From Gonapodya sp. JEL0774 (Eukaryota), in contig JADIIX010000061.1 of assembly GCA_027604505.1 (NCBI GenBank), positions 114,814 to 134,813 of the forward strand: a stretch of DNA of 20,000 nt, written 5' to 3'. Below, in pieces: positions 1-9,681 of the stretch. The notes below the pieces were generated by a model. It did not search any database. It was not told where the DNA came from and was given only the letters and a program-made list of their open reading frames with translations. Both the position numbers and the translations under genes were made by a program. Each line of letters begins with the position of its first letter. Within the stretch, counting starts at the first letter, position 1.

Positions 1-1841
1 TTGGTTCGACGGCCTTTCGATGGTCCACCGATTTGAGATTGCTGGCGGTACTGTGTTGTATCGAAGCCGGGGTGAGTATCTCTCAATTATTGGGAAGAAA
101 AAGTCCATTGCATGTTGTTCTCTGTAGATTAATGATCATGATCATTCCAGTCTGTGCTAGTGGATACGAGGGTCATATCAAAGCAACGGGAACCCCGGGA
201 ATTACGTTTGGTGGACGAGGTAATTAATCAGCAAAAGATTGGCAGTTCCACGAACATCCGAGTTCCCAGTGCGACAATTGACAATTTGCGTTTTATGATT
301 CTTTCAGATCCAACGTCGACCTTTGGTCGAGTCTCCAAAGTGTTCCGCACAATCGTGTCTGCTCCCGGAGAGGGTAACGCTGGCGTTACCATCGCACCAG
401 ACTGGCCACTTCCACCCAGTCTCGCATCCACTGTTGATTTCAAATCCAGTGATCAAATAAAAACTCTTGTGGGCAAGACCGACGCCAACTTTCTGATGAG
501 CCTTGATCCCAAGACTCTGGAAGAGAAGGGAGGATTCTCTTATACCAGTTATGATTCAAGACTGAAAGGTCCTTTGGCACCGGCACATACTCAGTGAGTT
601 CCCACGCGTGCAGAGTGGGAATCATTACTGTCTTTCCTTTTTTTCTGACACGAATGCCCCCGACAAGTCGCGATACGAAAACCGGAGTGACATATTCTTT
701 TGTTATGGATTTCGGTCGTCAGGTCACGTGCAAGGTCTTCGCACTTGTGCCGAGCGACGCTGGCACGAAAACGGAGATACTGTGAGTTGCTGAACGAGCT
801 GAACTCGGTGGTCACTCTTCTGAATTCTTTCGTGCAATGTCTGTAGTGCAGATTTTGTACCGCCTTACGCCTCTTACATCCACTCCTTCTGGCAAACTGA
901 ATCCTACCTTGTGCTCCCATTCGCGCCGTACTGGGCCCGCTCCAACGGTCTCTCCATCGTTTGGAACCAGAATCTTACTGATGCTCTTGAGTGGGATCCT
1001 ACGAAACCCGTGGTGTTTGTGGTGATCAGCAAGAAGGAGAAGAAATTGGTCGGAAAGTTTCAAAGTGAACAGGCGTTTTGGGGATTCCATACCGTGAATG
1101 GATTCGAAGTCAAGGGGAACAAGGGCACCGATCTGGCTCTTGATATTGTTGCGGTACGTGTGCACGTTGTTGGGTGAAACCACGGCCCAGTCGATTCAGG
1201 CCTTTGATTTCGCATTTTAGGCACCAAACACCAATATCGTCGAGAATTTGTACCTGGCGAAGATGCGTTTCGAATCGAAAGAACCGTATCTTTCTCCCAC
1301 GATCTATCGAGTAGTCCTCAAAAACGTCGAATCGGCGGCGAAGCTTTCCTCACCCTCAGCACCACTGAGTGTCGTGACCGAGTTCGCCACTTCCGAGGGT
1401 GGTGACCTTCCGCGGATCAACCCTCGCTTTTCTTGCAAACCAGAGTACCGTTACGCGTATCTCCTTGGGAGCGACACGAACCCCGACGGCACCAAAAACT
1501 TGTTCGCCACTGTCCGCAAAGTGACGCTCCCAGGGTACAAGGCTGAAGGACCCAACACCTCCACCAAATTACATTCTTTGACGTGGAACGTGCCAGGTGT
1601 TCACCCTTCGGAGCCAGTCTTCGTGCCAACACCTGGTGGTACCGACGAGGATGACGGCATCCTTCTGGTGGTATGCTTCAATGCCAACGACCAGAGCAGC
1701 TTCCTCGCGGTGTTGGATGCCAAAACAATGACCGAGATTGCGCGAGCTGGTTGGTTTGGCACGGCGGTTGGTGACGGAGAGAAAGTTGGTACACATGTCG
1801 TGCCGGTTGGATTTCACGGAAGTTTTGTTGAGAAGCTGTAG
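1..1841 (+). CDS. Carotenoid cleavage oxygenase (RPE65/CCO family), 5'-truncated by the window; resembles fungal CarT/CAO-2/CarS-type enzymes
   Basis: Exons <1-71, 151-219, 308-593, 668-781, 847-1153, 1221-1841 join in frame through GT-AG introns. Family motifs: WFDGLSMVHRF..YRSR, TDANFLMSLDPKTLE, SEPVFVP..EDDG, LDAKTMTEIAR. Four Fe-ligand His are present: APAHT, YIHSF, GFHTVN, GFHGSF. Confidence 0.93.
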
Positions 1842-2036
1842 AGTCGACATGACATGATTGGTCTATCATTTGTATCCAGAGATTAGCATTTACACTGCAT
1901 ATGTATAAACACGAGAGGTTTGAAATGAAAGGAAATAAGTTTCTTGCAAGGCTTTCCTTGGAGAGGATAAGATTTCCTTGTGGTTGTAGGGTGTCGTCTC
2001 GCGACATCGAACTATCTTGCAAATTTCGCAAATTTC

Positions 2037-5000
2037 ATGGCATTCCTCTGGAATTTTATTCCTGCTCCTCTGGCGAACGCACTATTCCAAACTCCACCTC
2101 CTCTTCCGGATGTAGTGCCAGACGAATGCGCGACTTCTCCGGATCCAGAGCCAATCTCTGTTGTTGCCGACCGAATGGGACCAACCGTTGAAGATTCCAC
2201 GGGGGACAAGGCGAAAACGAAACGGCGACTTCGGAGACGAAAACGTGAGACTGAAAACGGAGAGCCACTCGCAGAGGAGAATGCTGGTCGGAGTGGACAC
2301 AGGAGGAAGCACCGAAGCCGGCGGCAGATCCACACAGAGACCATTGGTGAAGGTACGGGCGGCATTGGGAGCGCAAACGGGATTACAAACAACAACAATG
2401 AAGACGCTGCCGATTCTCCGCAGCCGGAGAACCAGGTGAATGGTGGCCAGACTCCCCGGCGGCGCGAGAAGCTTCGCCAGAACCACCAGAGAAGAATAGC
2501 CCAGCCAGAGGTTACGCCGACAGAACAAATAGACAATCCTGATGTGGATCGATCCAACTCGGTACCACCCCCTCTCGCCGTGCCGCGTGCACCTCCACCA
2601 TCGGCGGCGACTTCTGCTGCCGTGTCCGTAGCGACTTCTCCCGCAGAGCGCCGCCCAGAATGCGGGCTGCCGCCTTTGCTTCCACCATCCCCAACACATG
2701 CGAGACCCCCGCTCCCTCTCTTCATATCTGTTCCACCAGATTCATCTGATCCCACCACTTCGTCCTCGTCCCCAACATCCTGGTTTCCGCCCCCTTCGCC
2801 AGCTATCCCAGTGCCACCACCCCCCCACCCGACTCCGGTTGGAAGTCCCATGACATTATATCCTGTTGAGCAGAGGCTGGCGGTTGCTGCCAGGAGAGTT
2901 GTTGGCGAACGTGCTTCTCTAACGATAAATGCGGGACCGGCGGACAGCCCAAGAGGAAGATATCGGGAGGAGGAGGAGGACGGCGTGGATCTCTTTCAGA
3001 CGAGCTCCAGTCGATCCCACCCCCACCAAGATCACGACCAAAGTCCCGTACGGGACAACGAGGTAGAATCCCTCTTCAATTCGGATGCAGCGACACCAAC
3101 AGGTGCTCGCGATCAGAGAGAGAGCGACGAAGAAAGCTCACATGATTTATTGGAGGCTGAAGATGAGTTAGTGAAGGAGGCGCCCACGCAAGGTCAGCCG
3201 AAAAGCAATGAATCTGCCGACGAGGCAGCTGTCGATACGTCCAATGTCGAAGAATCTGAGGTGCGTCATTCATCATTTGATCTGGGTCTCTTTGTCGTTC
3301 CTACAACTTTGGCCCCGCTCGGGTTTCAAGTCCTCGCCTTCTTCAAACCCTCCACTCCCTCGACCGTCCCCTGCAACTCTGAACCTCCTCTCCATCCTCC
3401 ATCGCTCCACCCGACACCAATCCCTCCTTTCTGCTCGCGTTCATCGTAACATCACTTGTGACGGATGCCACATGTCCCCAATCCGAGGGATCCGCTACAT
3501 GTGTGGGGTATGCCCCAGCTATGATCTTTGCGGGATGTGCGAGGCACGTCTTGATCAGGGTGAGGGGGAACCACCGCAGGGTGACGCGGGAGGGCACACG
3601 AGGCTTCACCCAATGATCAAGCTGCGGATACCGGTACCCCCACTTGCTAATCCCAGGTTTTCGGGTCCAGGAGCCGTCGTTGTGGGCCGAGGACTCGGTT
3701 CGTCTGTGGCGGCGTCGCCCGGCGGGGGTACCGGTAGTGCAGCATCTTCTTTTGCTGGTGCAGTTGAAGGCAGTGGTTCACACCACCAACCGACCTTCCC
3801 ACAGGACTATGGGGAGGGGTGCGCGGGGCTGTATCTGCAAAGAGACTTTGCACCGGGCAGCTCTAAACTTGCATGGGACGCCCTTGGAGAAATTGGCGGC
3901 AAAGCCTGGTGCCATTGTAGGTTCAATGAAGAATGGGCTTTGCTGGTGTTTTATCATGATAAGCCCAATTTTCTGTTTGGGATGCTCAACTTCCAGTATC
4001 AGCCCCTGAGCTGGAACACGCCTACGATACATTCCGCTCAGTCGCGACTTCCAACAGCTCACCCCCACTGCCCACACCACCACTTTCACCTTGCCTACCT
4101 CGGGCAACCCATACCGATCTCCCATCGTCTCCAGCCTTCTCCATCCCGCGGCAGATGTTCTATGCATGCCTCGGCCAGCTCGGTGAGAACCGCAACGTGA
4201 TTGCCGAGGCTTGCTGGTCGTGGTGGGACGCTGACGGTGACGGAAGGATCTCATGGGGCGAATGGATAAGGGGTGTTTGCGGATGGTGGCAGGCGGGTCA
4301 AGCGGGACAGGAATGGAAATTGGAGTGTAAGCCTCATTGATAATCGGCGATAATCAAGTGTTTTCTAACAACAATTCAACGTGCTCTGATTGATCTGTAC
4401 CAGTCGCTTTCCATATTTACTCTCTGTCGCAACCCTACGTTACCCGCACATCCCTCACTGCAGTGCTTCGCGCACATTTTTCCCTGTCGTCAAAGCTCGT
4501 CTCCGACCTGGTCCGCGAGACCGAGCTCTCGGGACCATGGAACAGAGAATTGTCTTCGCCGGATCCTCCACCACCGACTGCACCACCACCACCACCCAGA
4601 CCGAGCACGACGCCACTCCCACCACAATCACCTCCTCCTCCGCCTCCACCATTGAACACCGCATTAGCTTCGTCATCGTCCCCTTCCCGCCGCCGTTCGT
4701 CCGCACGACTACCACCTCCGCTCACCATGCCCAGTCTTCCGGCCCTCTCGACCGCACCAGACGCTGTTCAGCGATCCCTTTTGCTTGCTGCTGCCGGTGA
4801 CTTTTTGACCACGCCAGCTACTGCGCACCCTCCATCGTCCCCGTCATCACGGATAGCCGAGTCCCCGAGTAGCCATGCCGGCCTCGCAAGTCCTGGTGTT
4901 CTTGCACCCCTTATGGGACAATTATCTGGCGCCGCTATAGGAGCGGTGGTGGACGGGGTGTTTGGGGAGATGGCTGGGGGCGCGGAGGAAATCGGCAGGG

Positions 5001-5086
5001 AAGCGTGGGCAAGCACAGTAGAGAGTGCGAAGCTCAGGGGCTGGGATTTGGTAGGATGGGTGGAGAGCTTCGGTGGCGTATTCTAG
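2037..5086 (+). CDS. ZZ-type zinc finger plus EF-hand protein with a long low-complexity N-terminus (~940 aa)
   Basis: Exons 2037-3260, 3331-3916, 3997-4326, 4404-5086 have consistent phases. ZZ finger: VHRNITCDGC..IRGIRYMCGVCPSYDLCGMCE..HTRLHPMIKLRIP. Canonical EF loop DADGDGRISWGE, followed by a degenerate second hand (FAFHIYSLSQPYVTR). Confidence 0.85.
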
Positions 5087-5828
5087 AAACAAGACACAGG
5101 GAAGGGACCAACGAAGTTACAGTAACCGAACATAATTTCCTTTGTCTCGGATCACCTGCAGTTTTGAAACGTATCAATACCTGGCGCCTATACGGGTTCG
5201 CTCCGATTCGGAGAAATTTCTGGTTCACGTTGTAGTATGAGGGCTGTTGTCTTCATGTACACTGTTTTCAGTCCCTTAGAGTACAATGCGCACGCACTGG
5301 TCTACTATGTCGTTGAAAGCAGTTCAGCAGTAAAGTGTCTAAAAACGCCAATCGCCGGTAAAATAATTCCTATTGTGTGAGAGGTATATACTGCGCAATA
5401 AATACATGGCCTTTATGTTGTGCACCTTTGGTGGTCCCCGTCATTACACACGTGTGCGACCGCTGTCGGCAAAACACCGTTGATTTGAATGAAATTTCTG
5501 TCGCATATTTTTGGAAGTTTCACCTGGGAATCGTTCGTTTTCGCCATTAGGTCAAATACTCTCTTGTCCGGTGCTCATCTCCAGAGAAAATCGAGCGCTC
5601 TCATGGCAATTAATATTTGAAGCGTTGGTGTCTGTTCGATGCCTGGCATTGTTCATCGATTCTGTCAAATACATAAATTCAGGGGAGGTGCCGAACGACC
5701 GGAGACCTTCCCCCACAAGCACGCCACCTTAAACTCTCAACCGTTCAGAACGGATCTTGGACGTCCGAAAGAGTCTCGAATCTCTTTACTCGCCACGGCC
5801 GAACTCGCTCTTGGAATCGGTCGTGAAA

Positions 5829-8800
5829 ATGTCCCCGTCAAGAGGGCGGACCCGTCCCAGTCCTGCTTTTCGGACTATGATATCTCGGCTTCAACCTCGA
5901 CGTCGAGCGCTTGGAAATTTGTCGGCATGGACGGCATCTCGGACAAGACGATGGCCGGTGCTTACTTTACTGGTCCTTCTCTCCATCCTCCTCTCTTCCC
6001 TCGCTTCCCAGACGCAAGCTCAGACACTCGGCGCACCCGCAGTGCCATTTGGTGCACGGACAGCAGTTACCTTCAATCAAACGATGATTGCAGTCGGTCA
6101 GTTTTAGAGGAGTTTTCCCAGGGTTGAGGTTAAAAGGTCCCTTCGGGGCAAACTCTCTTTCGTTGGACTGTCGGGTCATTTCTCAGACCCTGCTCCGGGA
6201 CTGTCCAGTTTCTGAAAAGCTACGTCTTCGAGACAGAAGACTCGAAGCATTTTTCGTGGGACTGTCGCGGACACCAGATGCGATTGCTCTGTGATGCCGA
6301 TTCTGGAATGTCAGGGGCAACCCCTTCAGTGAGAAATTGATCGGAACAGCCCGTCACGAGTTCTGGTTGACGGAGAGACGCGAACGCGCCAACATGAATG
6401 GAGGGGCCCACCTCGGAGACTTTCCTCTCGTTAAATTGTTGGGAAGCTCTGTTGTTGATACTTGGCAGAAAAGACACAGTCATGCTTGGGGACTATACCC
6501 TGGCTACCCCCCTCCTTTATAGTGCAACCACTTTGTGGTTGCACTACCGTGGTTGCACTACCTATGGAATTAAAGACTGGCTTGGCCTTTTTGCTCACCG
6601 ATGTCTCCCTTTGCTCCGTCATAGGCCAATACGGGAACTCCTTTAACTGCACTACACCCATAAAACTGACCCCACAGCTCACTGTTCTCGCCAATTCCAT
6701 GTCCACCTGGACGTGGATCGACAAAACCCCTCTGAACAACCCCATCTTCGCCTCCGACGTTGTCGCCGAGGTAGGCGGCGTCTCTTATGGTCCCCGGCGC
6801 TACACAGACCCAATCACTGGTGCCAACAGCACCAAATATTTCGCCTTCGTCGCATTTTCCTTGTTTTCTGTATCCCGTGGGGATCACTCGGGCACCCAAG
6901 TAGCGATTCTGGACATGCCTGTTGGCAGCGAAACAGATCCATGGACATGGCTGGGCTACATTGGACCCGGCATTCCCGCGCGCTTTCTGGCTTCACCTTC
7001 TTCCACCACAGAAGCCAGCTACCAGGGTGCAACCCCGAGCTGCTACAAAATGGGTCTCTCATTCGCACCAACATATCCGTTAGAAACCGCGGCTCATCTC
7101 ATCCTTGCGGGTGGATACAACTGCACGGGCCCTGGAAATGCACAAGGGAACTTCTCCAAGGAAGTATGGGTAGCCGATACAAGCGACTTTGCGGCGGGTA
7201 CCAGAGCTGGTTGGAGAGTTTGGAACCCCAAGACAAACTTTCAGGTTACGGGCACTGGATTCACCCACGTCGTGAGTTGGAACTGCTAGAATAGCCAGAA
7301 TAATCGGGTCTTGTTCCAAAACCAGTGGTTTGACTCATGCACCCACGTTGGCGATAGGTTTCCGCCTCTAGTTCTCTCATTTTCCTCAACTTCGGGGACG
7401 CTTCCAGTAATGATCCTGTTCAGCAAAATGCGACGCGACTCTTCATGTCATACGACTATCTGACCAACCAGGAGTATGATCTGACCAAATCAATTGGAAT
7501 GCCCTGGCCGGAAGGAACATCGAGATTGGGTGTCGCTGTTGCAGCTGATGCGAGCAAGTTGTTTGCATATGTGAGCCGCTCCATTTCAAGGGCACATTTA
7601 TAGTCGCACAGTCATGGCCTAATTCCTTTGGTTTAGGGCGGCTATGGCTATTATAAGTACTCGACGACGAACTACGTTGTTTCAGACACATTGTACGTCA
7701 TGGAAACTGCGTCACCAACACCTGCGACGATTACCACCTCGGCATCGGGTGGTGTTCGGTCTGTCCGGGTGGACGGAGGTTCCGCGGGTGTTGAAGCTCA
7801 AACCCAAACGTACCCTGTCTCTTCTACAGCGTACACATGGAGATGGGGTCAGCAAGCTGGTTACACATTTGATGCCGACGGAGTTAGCAATTCGGGAGGT
7901 GGTCCAGGCGCAAACTGGAATGCGGACTTGTGCGTGGAGAAGAACCGCAGCGTTCTCATGATATGGGGCGGTGAGTTGCCATTGAATGGCGATCTGTCTA
8001 GTCGCGCCATTGACCGCATTCGCCACGTCAATCAAGGCGCCGGATTACCCCCAAACTATACTGTTCGGCAAAACGTACCCGAAGTTCTTTCTATCCCGAC
8101 CCCCTGGCCATACAAGCAAGGGGTCATCGGTTCGACGTTCGCGTTCATTGACACCAAGTCGTGGGAGTGGGTCGCTGCGGGTCCGTACTACCTTGTTCCC
8201 GGTATTCAATTGTCACCTGGTGCGATTGCTGGTATCGCCGTTGGTTCTACCGTTGTTGCAGTCTTCATTGTTGCCTTCGGTGTTTGGGCGGGTCGCAAAG
8301 CTGCTGAGGAAGAGCGGAACAAGCGGCGGAAGTACCGACGGTGGTGGGAAGACCCACGCGTGTGGGGTGATTCTGGGTACTATGGACCGGACGGCCCGGT
8401 GGAACGAGCTATGCGGGAATCAATGGGCGTGACGAACGTTTCATCTGTGGCGTCAGAGATTCCTTTGCTGGAGAAAGTTTCCACTGCGGCGAGGATGACG
8501 TCCGCGAGCACTATCATTCCGGGACTAACCGAAGTAGAACAGGAGAAGGGCAGAGTTGTTCAGCAGGAAGTAGCAAAGCAGGAGAAGGAGAAGGAAGCCG
8601 CAGAAAAGGGCGAAAAAAAGGGAATCTTCGGGGTGGTGTTCTCGTCGGTGAACGGCAACATAGCGAATGCTCTTGCAGGTGTTGCCGCAACCAACGCACT
8701 CGGTAGTGCTCCCGCTTCATCGGTACCTACCACCTCTCAGTCAGATGCCCAAACGCTGCCTCCCAGGGCAGCACCACTTCTCAAAAGCTCCGGTTCATAT

Positions 8801-9554
8801 GTATCGAGACCGCAGCCTAACGGAAGTCTGCCGAATGGCACACCTCTTTACACTGGGGGGCCTGCATTCTTCGCCAACGGACAAGACGCTGGCTATAATC
8901 TCGACAACCTCCGAGGTGTAGAATGTCGGGCTGTGTTACCGTCATCCGGAGTTGTTGTGGAATATCCTGATTGGTTTGAAACAATGAATCATATCAATTC
9001 GGGCGACAGGACTTCTAGTCTCCATACCCTTGTTGGTGAATGGCTTCAACCACCGAGAAAAATTCAGGGTAGTTACTCTTTGACGAAATCTGATCTGGAG
9101 GCTGAAAGGCGACTCTCGACTTCAGGATTGTCGGTTGGATCGCGAAATTCTTTAGACATCCGGTTCATCAAGGAACGGGACAGTGCTGAAACAATGGCAA
9201 ACAAGAACAACGGAACGCTTAGCAGTGCACCCTCCGCGGAGGGGAGAACGTTCGTTGATGGAGAGGAGGAAACCACGTTGAATGTTCCTCCTGGTGCCAA
9301 AGTTTTGCGATCCAAGCACAAATTTCCTGCTTCGACGGGAGGGATGGACTTGGATGAGCTGACATTAAAGGTTGGGGATAGAGTGATCATTCGAGAAGCA
9401 TTCGAGGACGGATGGGCATTAGGGTGAGTCTCATTCATTATCTGCCCCGGAGTTATATGATGACCGAGGCGCTCAATATTCTTTGCATGGTAGGCTTCAC
9501 CTGACCTCTGAGCAGGTCGGCGCGTTCCCCCTTAATCACGTCATTCGTATTTGA
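5829..9554 (+). CDS. Single-pass membrane protein: signal peptide, kelch-like/beta-propeller ectodomain, TM helix, cytoplasmic C-terminal SH3 (~990 aa)
   Basis: Exons 5829(or 5877)-6096, 6625-7271, 7358-7570, 7637-9423, 9494-9554. Signal-like RRWPVLTLLVLLSILLSSLASQTQA. Kelch-type GG motifs LILAGGY, LFAYGGY, LMIWGG and many N-x-S/T sequons. TM GAIAGIAVGSTVVAVFIVAFGVWAG followed by basic residues. SH3 DELTLKVGDRVIIREAFEDGWALG|LHLTSEQVGAFPLNHV. Confidence 0.85.
6097..6624 (+). other. Unusually long (528 nt) first intron of the kelch-TM-SH3 gene
   Basis: Donor GTCAGT at 6097, branch-like GCTCAC near 6593, acceptor ATAG ending 6624. The phase-1 junction gives MIAV-G-QYGNSF. Other introns in the window are about 61-213 nt. 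Confidence 0.7.
6520..6562. repeat. Perfect 12-bp inverted repeat plus 14-bp tandem duplication
   Basis: TAGTGCAACCAC (6520-6531), TTT, GTGGTTGCACTA (6535-6546). GTGGTTGCACTACC occurs at 6535-6548 and again at 6549-6562. Confidence 0.95.
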
Positions 9555-9681
9555 CGAAAAAATGAAATAACACCGCGGATTAGTACTCTGTAGCCTCACA
9601 CAGGCGGTTCAGGACAGTATCTTTTTGTGTGACATTGATTAAGTTAAATATTATTCCGAGTCCCACTCATACCAGAATCCC

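Noticed and set aside
2019..2036. GCAAATTTC tandem duplicate directly before ATG 2037
   Set aside because: Only two short copies, with no evidence of function.
2012..2851. 279-aa antisense ORF and similar overlapping ORFs throughout the track
   Set aside because: These are shadows of GC-rich Pro/Ser-coding exons on the other strand, with no domain motifs.
6412..6426. Minus-strand GAGGAAAGTCTCC resembles RNase P/MRP conserved region I
   Set aside because: No convincing CR-V partner (GGAGCTTAC-like) or P2/P3 arrangement was found; an Rfam scan would be needed.
6520..6562. Palindromic repeats suggestive of a CRISPR-like array
   Set aside because: Only 12-14 bp, no spacers, no cas genes, and a eukaryotic intron context.
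6581..6596. CTTGGCCTTTTTGCTC resembles the 5' end of U2 snRNA
   Set aside because: It lacks the following AAGATCAAGTGTAGTA and is explained as intron branch/pyrimidine sequence.
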